This document shows, one piece after another, positions 24,021-33,391 of a stretch of 37,776 bases of DNA (position 1 is the first letter of the stretch; the number at the start of each line of letters is the position of its first letter). Source of the DNA: a virus. Lineage: Duplodnaviria; Caudoviricetes. Made by a program: the position numbers and the translations under genes. The notes under the pieces were generated by a model. The model did not search any database and was not told where the DNA came from. It was given only the letters and a program-made list of their open reading frames with translations. The stretch is from positions 1 to 37,776 of the IMG/VR virus record IMGVR_UViG_3300025889_000351. The stretch is one strand, 5' to 3'.

Positions 24021-24649
24021 GCGCGGGCGGCGATGCTCGAGGGGGTGAAGTCGATCGACGAGGAGCTGGCGTTCGCGTCTGCCGTGGCCGACATGGTGGA
24101 CATCACCATGGCCCGCTGGCGCATGGCATCAGCCACCCGCATCCCCTCTGTGCCCTTGATGATCGGCCCGGCCAGGTAGCTGCCCAGCAGGTAGGACAGC
24201 GCCGTCATGAACGACGGCGTGAACTGGGTCGAATCGGTGACGTCCCTGGTGTAGACCAGGACCGCCTCGGGCTCGTTGGTGTAAAGAACCGCCCCCTCGA
24301 TGTCGAACTCGGCCCCGTCCCGATCGTTCGGGCTGTAGGCCACGTCGTCCTGCGTGAAGACGGTCAGCGTCGACCCAGCGGCCAGGATGCGCAGGGGGCG
24401 GAGGCAGTTCGACGGCAGCGCGTAGGCGTAGGCCCATGTGTCCGAGGTGTTGGTGACTTCGGCCAGTTCCACCCGTGCGAGCGAGAACTTCCAGGTGCCG
24501 ATCTCGAGCATCTCGAGCCGGGCCGGATTGTAGTATGTGTCGCAATAGCCCGCCTCGAGGCTGCCATCGGGCGGGTTGATGCTGGATATCACGACCCCCG
24601 CGCCGATGTGGGCGAGGGCCATGTTGCAAATCTGGACGACTGAGGCCAT
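24017..24649 (-). CDS. Tail tubular protein A / head-tail adaptor (T7 gp11-like)
   Basis: MASVVQICNMALAHIG...WKFS...YAYALPSNCLR; GGAGA RBS 6 nt before ATG 24649. Confidence 0.85.
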   Translation of the reverse strand: MASVVQICNMALAHIGAGVVISSINPPDGSLEAGYCDTYYNPARLEMLEIGTWKFSLARVELAEVTNTSDTWAYAYALPSNCLRPLRILAAGSTLTVFTQDDVAYSPNDRDGAEFDIEGAVLYTNEPEAVLVYTRDVTDSTQFTPSFMTALSYLLGSYLAGPIIKGTEGMRVADAMRQRAMVMSTMSATADANASSSSIDFTPSSIAARA

Positions 24650-24670
24650 CGGCAATCTCCGGTTCCGGCG

Positions 24671-24703
24671 ATATTACAAGCGGGTCTCCGGCACACGGAT
24701 ACG
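24671..24703 (-). promoter_or_regulatory. Phage-specific late promoter copy (tail/ejection unit)
   Basis: CGTATCCGTG-N17-TAATAT. Confidence 0.75.
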
Positions 24704-24704
24704 T

Positions 24705-24953
24705 TCAGCGGGCGTTCCGGCGGCGGACGTGAATGATCCAGTAGGGGTTGGCGTCGTTAGCCAGCAGGTGGGCGTAAGCGGGGCCGGTGGCCAGGCGGGA
24801 GAAATCGACCAGGGCGTCGGCCACCGTGGTGCCGGACGCTTTGGCCTTGAGCAAGCAGCCGGCAGTCCCTGGGCCCGCCAGCGCGACCAATCGCTCCCCC
24901 GCCGTCGGCCCACAGGAGAACCGCAGGTAGTGGTAGAGGAGATCGAGGAGCAC
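24705..24953 (-). CDS. 82-aa hypothetical protein
   Basis: GTG start overlapping the upstream TAG; ends just before the promoter motif; basic RRR C-terminus. Confidence 0.6.
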   Translation of the reverse strand: MLLDLLYHYLRFSCGPTAGERLVALAGPGTAGCLLKAKASGTTVADALVDFSRLATGPAYAHLLANDANPYWIIHVRRRNAR

Positions 24954-26728
24954 TACAGATCCTCAGACCACGTTAGCGACACGCCGATGGTGCAGCTTTG
25001 CGTGCTGGCGACGGTCGCGGTCAGGGTTTCGCCGGGGCTGATGTAGATGTTCAGGTCGGTGATGTCGGCATACATGCTAGTGCCCACCGCGACCACCGCG
25101 TTGTATTCGACGTTGCCGCCCGTGATGGTCGTTCCGTCCGTATCGGTGGAAGCAATGGACTGCCCGCTGGTGATGGTCACGCCGCTGTCGGACGTGCTGC
25201 CGGAATAGGCGGCGTAAGCCGGCGAGCCACCCAGCGTGGTGTCCTTGACCAGCCTGATCGTCGCTACACCGCTACCAGCGCCACCGACATTGGTTCCCGC
25301 GCTGATGGTGCGAATACGGATCAGCCCGCCGTTTGGCACGCCGTTGTATGTGGACGCATTGCGGATGCTAAACCCATTAGTCTCAGTCGTGACGGTGGTG
25401 CGGGTGATGTCGTAGCCATGACGCGGGCCGAGAAGTGCGCGGTCCCCTTCCACCGCCAACATCCCACTGGCCGCTTTGACGATGATGTTGGTGGCGTTCG
25501 TGTCGTTGACCGCGCCCCATACCAACGGCATCGACGGGTTCAGCAGGCTAGGCGCGGTGTTAGCGTTGGCATATTCGATCTGATGAACCAACGTAAAATT
25601 CCCGGTGGTCGGACTCTCAACGAAAAACGCCAAGCTTCCAAAACCAAGATACTGATACGTGATCTGATAGACGTTGCCATTCGTCGGCACCAAAGTTTGG
25701 CCGGATGGGTTCGCCGCCGACCCGCTGCCATCCATGACATCGACATTCCACGACGCTTGCGGAATGTGTGTCGGCGTGGCGCTCTTGATCGTCCAAATGC
25801 CAAAGGTCGCACCGTTATAGCCGAAGAACAGACCATTTTCGAGGTTAGGGAAACCCACCCCGGCATACTGCGTCGAGTTCGCCGCGCCAGTCGTGAACAG
25901 CGCCGTGAACCGCGCGAGCGCGCCCTGCCCTGGGCGGTATTTCAGGTTGCGCTTGGTATAAGCGACCGCACTGGATGACGACGCCGCCGTGGTCGCGGCA
26001 GACAGCAGCCCGTTGGCAGCGGTGACGCTACCTGACCCGGTTGTCGTGCTGCCGACTTGTATGGTGTTGAGGCCATACACGAAATCGACCTGCGCCACTG
26101 GCGTCAGTTGCGCCGTCAGCATTTCGCCAAACGCCGTGACCGGATTGGCGACCGACACCTTGAGATTGTTTTGGCTGTCAATCCCGACGTTGTTGTAGAC
26201 GCCGCCATCCGTCCGTCCGACGATGATGGTGCGGCCCAACGATGCCGACATCGCGGGAGAGATAAACGCATCCAACCGGAGAAGTTGCGGAGACAACGCA
26301 GTGGTCAGAACTTTGGTATCAAAATAGAAGTCAGTCTGGCCGGTTTCATCGCAGGTGAAGCGATAGCGCACGTGCGGCGTAAATGCCGGTGCGCTGAACA
26401 TCTGGAAGCCCGACCCACCAACATATGGAATGGTCAGGGTCCGAAGGATGTCTGTTCCGCCAGAGTCGCGGCAGAAATCAATGACGATGGTGCCGTCTTT
26501 GTCGGATAACGCGCTAGTCTGCACCTGGGTATACCCGACCAGAGACAGCACGCCGGAATCGTAGGTTTGACCGTTTGTCAGCAGCGTAGCCGTGCTGAAC
26601 GCCACCTGATCAACTGGCATCACCTCAACGCGCTGGCGGTAGTAGTCGGTGCCGCTGCGGCTGACGACGCTGTTGTCGATGCGCTTGCCGGTGGAGTCTG
26701 GCGAAATCTGGATATAGCCGTCGGTCAT
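24953..26728 (-). CDS. Putative virion structural (fibre/appendage) protein, 591 aa
   Basis: T/S/G-rich beta-type composition; within the late operon; ATGA coupling. Confidence 0.65.
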   Translation of the reverse strand: MTDGYIQISPDSTGKRIDNSVVSRSGTDYYRQRVEVMPVDQVAFSTATLLTNGQTYDSGVLSLVGYTQVQTSALSDKDGTIVIDFCRDSGGTDILRTLTIPYVGGSGFQMFSAPAFTPHVRYRFTCDETGQTDFYFDTKVLTTALSPQLLRLDAFISPAMSASLGRTIIVGRTDGGVYNNVGIDSQNNLKVSVANPVTAFGEMLTAQLTPVAQVDFVYGLNTIQVGSTTTGSGSVTAANGLLSAATTAASSSSAVAYTKRNLKYRPGQGALARFTALFTTGAANSTQYAGVGFPNLENGLFFGYNGATFGIWTIKSATPTHIPQASWNVDVMDGSGSAANPSGQTLVPTNGNVYQITYQYLGFGSLAFFVESPTTGNFTLVHQIEYANANTAPSLLNPSMPLVWGAVNDTNATNIIVKAASGMLAVEGDRALLGPRHGYDITRTTVTTETNGFSIRNASTYNGVPNGGLIRIRTISAGTNVGGAGSGVATIRLVKDTTLGGSPAYAAYSGSTSDSGVTITSGQSIASTDTDGTTITGGNVEYNAVVAVGTSMYADITDLNIYISPGETLTATVASTQSCTIGVSLTWSEDL

Positions 26729-28689
26729 GGGCAGGACTCCGGTAGTTGCTGGCGCCAGACCGCCTCGGTGATCGCCAGGATCTCGCTGCTGTTCAACTCA
26801 GTCGCGCCGTAGGTGATGTCTGGCGCGTCGCCCAGCGGCAGCGTCTTGTTCCAGATCGCGGCGGCCAGGGCCTCGATCGTCGATTGCGAGAGCGAAGATA
26901 TAAAGCTGGCCGACAGGGTCGCGGATACGCCGGCGAGCGCGTAGCTCTCCGACAGCGCCGTCAGCAGACGCCCGGCCAGAACCGAGGCGGCCTGTCCGGT
27001 GAGGTCGAACTCGCCCAGTTCTGCCGACAATATCCGGGAGACAATGAGCCCCACGTCTTGGCCCGTGAGACCGAACGAACCCGCCTCCGCCGCGATCGTG
27101 CGGCCATAGCTCAGAGCCGCGTCAATGCCGGCGAGACTATACGCGCCGTCCGCCGCCGTCAGCGTGTAGGTCGGGCCAGACGGCGTGTAGTCCAGTGTCG
27201 CGTCATAGCCGGTGAGCGCATAAGTCCCCTGCCCTGCCAGCAGCGTGCGCGCCGCGATTAGCCCAGCCGTGTTGCCGGCGATGGTGAACGCACCTGCGCC
27301 GGCCAGGATGGTGCGACCAGCGGTCAGGCTCGCCGCATTGCCCGTGATCGTGAACGCCCCGGCTCCTGCGGCGAGTGTCCTGCCATAACTCAGCGCCGCG
27401 TCCTGCCCCGCCAGGGTGAACGAGCCGTTCGCCGCCACCAACGTGTAGGTCGGCCCGGCGATCGGCGTATAGGTCAGAACCGCGTCATATCCGGTTAGAC
27501 CGAATGTCCCGGCGGCGGCGGTGAGCAACCGTCCAGCCAGCAGATTAGCGTTGACACCCGTCAGGTCGAACGACCCTGCGCCAGCGGTCAAAGACCGACC
27601 AGCCAACAGCCCAGCAGCCTGTCCCGATAGCGAGAACGATCCTGCGCCAGCGGTCAAAGACCGACCAGCCAACAGCCCAGCAGCCTGTCCCGATAGCGAG
27701 AACGATCCTGCGCTTGCAGTCAGGGATCGACCTGCTAGAAGCCCAGCAGCCTGTCCAGATAGAGAGAACGACCCCGCGCCTGCGGCCAGAGAACGACTTG
27801 CTAGAAGTCCGGCAGCCTGTCCTGATAGGGAGAACGATCCTGCGGCGGCGGTCAGAGATCGACCTGCTAGAAGCCCGGCATCCTGTCCTGATAGGGAGAA
27901 CGATCCTGCGGCGGCGGTCAGAGATCGACCAGCCAATAGACCCGCCGCGACGCCTGATAGCGTAAACGATCCCGCCTCACTGGTCAGCGTGTAGGTCGGC
28001 CCTGCTGGCGCACCGCCGCTAGTCTGAAAAGTGTCTTCCTGAAACCCATCGAACTGAAAAGCACTAATCTCTAAAACGGCATTTTGTCCGGTCAGGGAGA
28101 ACGTCCCCGACCCCGCCACGACCGCGTAAGTTCGGGATAATGTCGCCGCGTTGCCTGTCAGCGAGAATGAGCCACCAGCCGCCGTCAGCGTGTAGGCGTT
28201 CGTATAGGTGACGACAATCTGGATGCTGGTCAGGTTAATCGTCGGGTTGGCGTCTGACGACTGAACGCCGAAATATTGGAGGGGGTTTGACCCCGTGCCG
28301 TTTACGTCATCGACTGTCCACGCAACGCCAGTTCTTGGATTATTCGCCCAAGAATCCTCGCGGGCGGTTATTGAGCCATTTGATGGGTTGTGTGTACTGG
28401 CGTCGTACGTAGAACCGCCAATCGTCAGACGAGCGCCGATATTACAGTTTTGCGCGGCGTTCTTGGAGTCGTAGTATTGAACAGCGACAGAACTGATCGT
28501 CGCCGTGCTTGGAAGGCTGAACGCTGAGAAACCAAACTGAATGGCACCAGCAGTGGTGCCGTGCGTCAGAACATCGGTGCCACCCGTGTCTGGGTAGTCA
28601 TCAACCGCCTGATATCTAGTGCCTGCCGATCCTGTCCACGTGCCAGACGCGGAGATGTCGCTCGTCGGCGCGCGGGTTTGCGTGGTCAT
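26725..28689 (-). CDS. Repeat-rich putative fibre protein, 654 aa, with 22-aa tandem repeats
   Basis: (LLAGRSLTAxAGSFSLSGQxAG)n; Ala/Gly/Thr/Ser-rich. Confidence 0.7.
   Translation of the reverse strand: MTTQTRAPTSDISASGTWTGSAGTRYQAVDDYPDTGGTDVLTHGTTAGAIQFGFSAFSLPSTATISSVAVQYYDSKNAAQNCNIGARLTIGGSTYDASTHNPSNGSITAREDSWANNPRTGVAWTVDDVNGTGSNPLQYFGVQSSDANPTINLTSIQIVVTYTNAYTLTAAGGSFSLTGNAATLSRTYAVVAGSGTFSLTGQNAVLEISAFQFDGFQEDTFQTSGGAPAGPTYTLTSEAGSFTLSGVAAGLLAGRSLTAAAGSFSLSGQDAGLLAGRSLTAAAGSFSLSGQAAGLLASRSLAAGAGSFSLSGQAAGLLAGRSLTASAGSFSLSGQAAGLLAGRSLTAGAGSFSLSGQAAGLLAGRSLTAGAGSFDLTGVNANLLAGRLLTAAAGTFGLTGYDAVLTYTPIAGPTYTLVAANGSFTLAGQDAALSYGRTLAAGAGAFTITGNAASLTAGRTILAGAGAFTIAGNTAGLIAARTLLAGQGTYALTGYDATLDYTPSGPTYTLTAADGAYSLAGIDAALSYGRTIAAEAGSFGLTGQDVGLIVSRILSAELGEFDLTGQAASVLAGRLLTALSESYALAGVSATLSASFISSLSQSTIEALAAAIWNKTLPLGDAPDITYGATELNSSEILAITEAVWRQQLPESCP
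27571..27975. repeat. 66-bp coding tandem repeat, about 6 well-conserved units plus degenerate flanking units
   Basis: CGA(T/C)CC(T/C)GC recurs at 27571, 27637, 27703, 27769, 27835, 27901 and 27967; units 27575-27640 and 27641-27706 are identical. Confidence 0.9.
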
Positions 28690-28698
28690 CCAATGTTG

Positions 28699-29637
28699 TT
28701 ACCAAGTTGCATGAGCCACACGCCGCCATGTGTTCGTGGCAATGCACACGTAAATATACGAACTATCCCAGCAGATTTGCCCGGTTGTTCCTGTTGCGGA
28801 TGCGGAGGCTGGTGTCTTTGCGGTGTTAACCTGAATAGAGTCGTCGTTGACGGTTAATTTAGACGCGCCAGATGTAGTCGTGCCGATCAAAAGTTTTCCG
28901 CTTGTATCAAATCGCCCCACGTCCGCGTTGTTGACAAAAAACACAAAGGGTATGTTCGTCTGCGCTCCAAAAACTGCCGCAGTCGCCGTTGTGCCGGATA
29001 CGACACAATACACCGGGTTACTGTTAAAAGCGTTAACGCTGAAATAGCCTTCTACGGCAGTTCCTGCGAGTAGTTGCGGTGTTCCGCTGGACCCGGCCAC
29101 CTGTAACTTATATGATGTAGAATCTAGGCCAATGCCGACATTACCGCTCGCGTCAATAACAAACGGCGTGCTGTCAGTGCTCGCGGAATCTTCCACTAAC
29201 AGCGCGTTGCCAGTGCCGGTCTGCGTAATCCGCAACGCCGCGCTTGTTGTCGATCCACTAATGACAGAAGCAACCGGAATCGCCGTGTGGTCAAACCCTA
29301 CAGAGCCACCAGACAGCGTAATCGGGGAGGTGACGCTAATTTCCTCCGCTGCGCCAGTGCTGGCCGTCGTACGGCCCAACAGTCTGGACGTCGCCATGGT
29401 GTAGGGAGACGACGTATAGGCTCCCCCGGTCAACGCCAGATTTGTCGCGCTATACGACAACCCCGTGCCGACCGTGATTTCCTCGGCGGCACCCGTCCCC
29501 GAGGTCGTTCGTCCCAGCAACCGGCTGGTCGCCATCGTGAACGTATGCTCTGCATTCCAGTTTGACGGGCGGACTTTCGTCGCGTCTCCGCCGTCCGATA
29601 CCGCCGAGGTAAACTGGTGCTTGAGGCTGATCGTCAT
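28699..29637 (-). CDS. Putative fibre-like structural protein, 312 aa
   Basis: Internal duplication TMATSRLLGRTT.STGAAEEI; fibre-like IDASGNVGIG / FDTSGKLLIGTT; C-terminal GQICWDSSYIYVCIATNTW. Confidence 0.65.
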   Translation of the reverse strand: MTISLKHQFTSAVSDGGDATKVRPSNWNAEHTFTMATSRLLGRTTSGTGAAEEITVGTGLSYSATNLALTGGAYTSSPYTMATSRLLGRTTASTGAAEEISVTSPITLSGGSVGFDHTAIPVASVISGSTTSAALRITQTGTGNALLVEDSASTDSTPFVIDASGNVGIGLDSTSYKLQVAGSSGTPQLLAGTAVEGYFSVNAFNSNPVYCVVSGTTATAAVFGAQTNIPFVFFVNNADVGRFDTSGKLLIGTTTSGASKLTVNDDSIQVNTAKTPASASATGTTGQICWDSSYIYVCIATNTWRRVAHATW

Positions 29638-30074
29638 CAGGTCACCGTGAAGAAGCCAGCCGATCCGTCGAAGTCAATCAGCAGCGTCTCGCCGTCGTTC
29701 AGCGTGATGCTGCTGGCATAGTCGTAATAACAAACCAGCGGGTCCGCCGGCGAAGTCGGCGTGTCGTCGTAGATGTATACGTAGCGGAACGGCCCGGTGC
29801 TGCCACCCGAGGAAGTCAGCGTCAGGTCGGTCAGGATCAGCTTGATCGTTCCCGCCGTGTTCGTGCTGCTGGTCGTGGTGATGTTGCGGGTGGAGAGGTT
29901 GGTGTAACTGACCTGCGTGATGTTCGCCAGGATGCCGGCGCCGTCGCCGGTTGGCGGCGTGCTCTCGGAGCCTGGTGCGGTGTTGGACAGCGCCACGACG
30001 AACTGGTCCGTGCCGACATTGGCCGTCTTGACCATATTGCCGACCCAATCGTTGATCTTGGTGAAGGTAGCCAT
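29637..30074 (-). CDS. Putative structural protein, 145 aa
   Basis: Beta-rich, GPFRYVYIYDDT...YDY; GGAGA RBS; late operon. Confidence 0.65.
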   Translation of the reverse strand: MATFTKINDWVGNMVKTANVGTDQFVVALSNTAPGSESTPPTGDGAGILANITQVSYTNLSTRNITTTSSTNTAGTIKLILTDLTLTSSGGSTGPFRYVYIYDDTPTSPADPLVCYYDYASSITLNDGETLLIDFDGSAGFFTVT

Positions 30075-30084
30075 CTGATATCTC

Positions 30085-30441
30085 CTAGATAGACCGGCGA
30101 CCGGCCATGATGACGGTTAAGTCGGTTGTGCCATCGCCGCCAAAGATCCGCGGCTTGATCCAGATCGGCAGCTCGACGATCTGATGCAACGCCGCTGCCG
30201 TCAGCGTCAGGGCATCCCCTTTCGGGTCACTCAGCGCGTGATACGTCACGCCGTCGTTGCTGCCGCCGATCGTCACGCTGGCGCCGCCGAACGTACCGGC
30301 CACCTGGATCGAGCGATCAGAGAAAACGGCGAGCCGCACGGGCTCGCCGTCATCGTCAGCCTGCATCGAAGCCCACGTCGTTACTGCGACGTCGACGGAG
30401 GTCTCGTAAGGGAAGGTTGTGGTCGGATAAATGGTCGCCAT
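30085..30441 (-). CDS. Putative structural protein, 118 aa
   Basis: SIQVAGTFGGASVTIGGSNDG...WIKPR beta-sandwich-like pattern. Confidence 0.65.
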   Translation of the reverse strand: MATIYPTTTFPYETSVDVAVTTWASMQADDDGEPVRLAVFSDRSIQVAGTFGGASVTIGGSNDGVTYHALSDPKGDALTLTAAALHQIVELPIWIKPRIFGGDGTTDLTVIMAGRRSI

Positions 30442-30448
30442 CTACCGC

Positions 30449-30667
30449 TCATGCCAGATCAAGCTGACTGACAGCCGGCTGGTGCGCCATCTCCGACAGC
30501 GTCTCCGGGGGCTTGCGCACCTGCTTGGGAGCACGTGACGCAACTGCCTCCTTGCTGTCGACCTTGGCGAACCATGAGCCCTTCAACTTGTCCGACACCT
30601 CTAGCTCGGTGCCCTCGCGAACGCGGGCACCGTTGTAGAATGCGGGCTTGATGGCGACCACTTTCAT
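30449..30667 (-). CDS. 72-aa hypothetical protein downstream of the cement gene
   Basis: GAGGTG RBS; typical codon usage. Confidence 0.7.
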   Translation of the reverse strand: MKVVAIKPAFYNGARVREGTELEVSDKLKGSWFAKVDSKEAVASRAPKQVRKPPETLSEMAHQPAVSQLDLA

Positions 30668-30679
30668 CCGATCACCTCA

Positions 30680-31144
30680 TCACGCCTGAGACGGCGAGTC
30701 GTAGGCGACCCAGTTAGCCACGTCGGTGGTCAGGAACGCATTGACCGCGCCGGCGTTCAGCGCCGTGGTGCCGGTGACCTGCTGCACGGCGAGGTAACGC
30801 TCGTACGCGATACCCTCCATCGGCAGCGGCACCGCCATCAGGATCGTGCCAGCGGCGATCGCCGTGGTGCTGGTCGCCCAGGGGGCGCCAGTCACATGGA
30901 TCGTCTGGGTGCCGTTGGTGGCGATGGTGCCCGAACCGTCAGACACCAGTTGGAACGCGACGGTGCCCGTCGAGCTCGCCACGGTGATGCCAGTGGACAC
31001 GGCCACGACCAGGTAGAGCGCCTGGTTGCCGCCGACATCACGGGCGAGATCCATGTCGATCACGTCGCCGATGTTGTAAGTGCCAGCGGCACCAGTGTTC
31101 AACGACACCGCGTCGCAGAACTCCAAGTTTGCATCGAGAATCAT
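30680..31144 (-). CDS. Capsid cement/decoration protein (Bbp16-like)
   Basis: MILDANLEF...DVID...YERYL...GAVNAFL; directly after the major capsid gene; AGGAG RBS. Confidence 0.8.
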   Translation of the reverse strand: MILDANLEFCDAVSLNTGAAGTYNIGDVIDMDLARDVGGNQALYLVVAVSTGITVASSTGTVAFQLVSDGSGTIATNGTQTIHVTGAPWATSTTAIAAGTILMAVPLPMEGIAYERYLAVQQVTGTTALNAGAVNAFLTTDVANWVAYDSPSQA

Positions 31145-31169
31145 GTCAAGAACTCCTACAAGCTGCGCG

Positions 31170-32165
31170 TTAGACGACGCGGGATTCGGTGTTGACCAGG
31201 GCGTCGGTGCGACGAACCGGAATATCGTCGAACGTCAGAACCCGCTTGCCCTCTACGTTCTCCCAGGAGAGGTTGCTGGCGATACGCTCGAGGATGCCGA
31301 GACGCAGCTTTTCGCGGATGGTCCGGTTGCAGTAGAACACCGCGCGACCCTTGCCGAACGACGGGATCAGTTCAGTCGCCTGAACCATCCAGTTGATCAG
31401 GTTCTTGCAGTTCGAGATCGTGTCGAGCTCGGAGATGTCGATGTTCGCCACGCGCACGAAATAGCGCCAGTCGCGGATGGACAGGCCGCAGTCCCAGCGA
31501 TAGTGGGTGCGGTAGGCTTCCATGCGGCCATTGCTGCCGTCGGCGTTCTCCACGGTCACCTGGCCCTTGTCGGACATCTGCAGGCCAGCCTGCGAGCCCT
31601 TGGGGTAGATACCATGGCCAGTCTGCGGACCCCAGACGCACAGCCAGATCGAGGTCAGGTCACCACCGGAGCCGGAGAAAGCGTCGATGATGTTGTCCGC
31701 GTTCTCAGCCGAGAGGCTGTTGTAACGCGGCGACAGGCCGGTGAACGCCTCGGGCTCGGTGCCTTCGTTGCCATACATGAGGGTGCTGGCCATCTCCTGG
31801 CTCATGCCCTCGATGTGGGCCGCGTCTTCCGACAGGCGGAACGCCGCGGTGTTGCCGTTCAGGTCGGCGAGCGCCTTGTCCACCTCGGCATAAGCCTCGA
31901 GCATGCCAGCCGAGTCAGTCACCTGCACGGTGGTGCTCTTGGCCGGCTGCACGCCGCCATACAGCTTGCGCCAGGTCGGGGTGGGCAGGCCGGTGCGAAT
32001 GGTGGTCTTGTGGCCAGTCGGCAGGTTGCCTTCAATGAAGGACATATCGGTCAGGATCTCGTTGCTCTGGTTGAGCAGCTCGACGATCGAGTCGATCTTG
32101 CCGTCCGGGTCGAGACGCTTGCTCAGATCGAGCAAGGTCGGGTTGGTAGAAGTCAAGGTAGCCAT
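31170..32165 (-). CDS. Major capsid protein (BPP-1 Bbp17 / epsilon15 gp7-like)
   Basis: IVELLNQSNEIL.DM.F.EGN, RTGLP...WRKLY.GV, YAEVDKALA, WDCGL..RDWRY.VR.ANID, IPVRRTDAL. Confidence 0.92.
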   Translation of the reverse strand: MATLTSTNPTLLDLSKRLDPDGKIDSIVELLNQSNEILTDMSFIEGNLPTGHKTTIRTGLPTPTWRKLYGGVQPAKSTTVQVTDSAGMLEAYAEVDKALADLNGNTAAFRLSEDAAHIEGMSQEMASTLMYGNEGTEPEAFTGLSPRYNSLSAENADNIIDAFSGSGGDLTSIWLCVWGPQTGHGIYPKGSQAGLQMSDKGQVTVENADGSNGRMEAYRTHYRWDCGLSIRDWRYFVRVANIDISELDTISNCKNLINWMVQATELIPSFGKGRAVFYCNRTIREKLRLGILERIASNLSWENVEGKRVLTFDDIPVRRTDALVNTESRVV

Positions 32166-32177
32166 GTCAGAACCTCA

Positions 32178-32774
32178 TTAGTTCATGGTTGGGAACATAC
32201 GTTTGGCCATGTCGGGCTCGGCACCACGCGGGTTGCCTTGCACGAAACGGTCCTCACTGATCGCCTTGCCGGCTTTGTAGAATGCTCGGATCACTTCCGG
32301 GTGGTTGCCCATCCCGGTCATGTTGAGCACGTCACGGAGTTCGGGCGTGCCGAACGTCTCCAAAGCCTTGCGCGCCACGGCGAGGTTCTCGCTGAGCTTA
32401 TCGCCACCGATCTCCTTGTCGGTCTTGACTTGCTCGACCCAAGTTTCCACCAGCTTGACCTGGTTGTCGGCCTGGCGCTGGGTCATCTTGACCGCAACGT
32501 CAGTGATCTTCTTCACCGACTCCTGATCGAGCTTGAGCTCCTTGGCGACAGCGGTGAACTCGTCCGCTGCCGATTGATCGAGGACCATGTGCTCCGGTAG
32601 ATCGAAGTCATACTTCTCCGGGACCGCCGGCTCGGTAGGTTCCGCAGCCTTTGGCTCCTCGGTTGGTTCGGCTTCGCCGGCGAGCATGCTGCCCTGGGCT
32701 TGGCTCTCAGTCTCCGCGTTCCCGACGTCAGGGGAGGTTGTGTCGGTCACCGCTTCTTCTACAGGCTTACTCAT
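32178..32774 (-). CDS. Capsid scaffolding protein
   Basis: Acidic N-terminus, VPEKYDF, GMGNHPEVIR.F.K.GKAISED; directly upstream of the capsid gene. Confidence 0.8.
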   Translation of the reverse strand: MSKPVEEAVTDTTSPDVGNAETESQAQGSMLAGEAEPTEEPKAAEPTEPAVPEKYDFDLPEHMVLDQSAADEFTAVAKELKLDQESVKKITDVAVKMTQRQADNQVKLVETWVEQVKTDKEIGGDKLSENLAVARKALETFGTPELRDVLNMTGMGNHPEVIRAFYKAGKAISEDRFVQGNPRGAEPDMAKRMFPTMN

Positions 32775-33078
32775 TTTTGCCCTGATACTCCTTCAAGAGC
32801 TTGAAATACCCCTCGGGAGCCGCTTCGAGCACCTCTGCCGTGAGGAACAATCCGATCTGCCGCTTGCCCTCGTTGAACGCCATCAGGGAGCCTGAATGGT
32901 TAAACGAGGTCCGCGCCACACCGGCCTCCTCCAGCAGACGGCTCACGATTCGCCGCCCTTGGGGGTGGGCCATCAGCCACTTGAGATCCTCTAGCTCCTT
33001 CCGCCGGCGCTCGCGTGCCACCGCCTCCTCGGCATCGGCATCGCGCTCCTGGGCGCGTAGGTCCGTCGGGTCACGCAT
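32767..33078 (-). CDS. Conserved head-module protein (Bbp19-like)
   Basis: DLKWLM..PQGRR...LLE..G....F......AFNEGKR..GL. Confidence 0.75.
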   Translation of the reverse strand: MRDPTDLRAQERDADAEEAVARERRRKELEDLKWLMAHPQGRRIVSRLLEEAGVARTSFNHSGSLMAFNEGKRQIGLFLTAEVLEAAPEGYFKLLKEYQGKNE

Positions 33079-33092
33079 GACTGACGTCGTGG

Positions 33093-33125
33093 ACTATACG
33101 GGAGGGCTTCCGGCACACGGATACG
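33093..33125 (-). promoter_or_regulatory. Phage-specific late promoter copy (scaffold/capsid unit)
   Basis: CGTATCCGTG-N17-TATAGT. Confidence 0.75.
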
Positions 33126-33126
33126 G

Positions 33127-33387
33127 TCAGTCGTTCCCGGTCGTGAGATGCTTGTTCAGCTTCTCATCGATCCGGTCGAGCTTGTCGAACACCTTGGTGA
33201 ACAACCGCTCTGTCTCCTCCCGAGTCACGTAGCAGCGGGCCACCATCACCTCGATGTGGGAAATCTTATCAGCCAACTGCTCGTCCCTTTTCTGCAGGTC
33301 GTTGAGCGAGGACCACACGCGCTGGATCAAGAAACCCAGCCCCGACAGAATGATACCGCCGGCGATGTTGACGATTGTCTGTTCCAA
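33127..33387 (-). CDS. N-terminal TM + coiled-coil protein, 86 aa
   Basis: TTG start; IVNIAGGIILSGLGFLI TM segment; YVTREE...LDRIDEKL. Confidence 0.65.
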   Translation of the reverse strand: MEQTIVNIAGGIILSGLGFLIQRVWSSLNDLQKRDEQLADKISHIEVMVARCYVTREETERLFTKVFDKLDRIDEKLNKHLTTGND

Positions 33388-33391
33388 CGCA

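Noticed and set aside
27571-27975. CRISPR-like array
   Set aside because: Contiguous in-frame 66-bp coding repeats with no unique spacers and no cas genes
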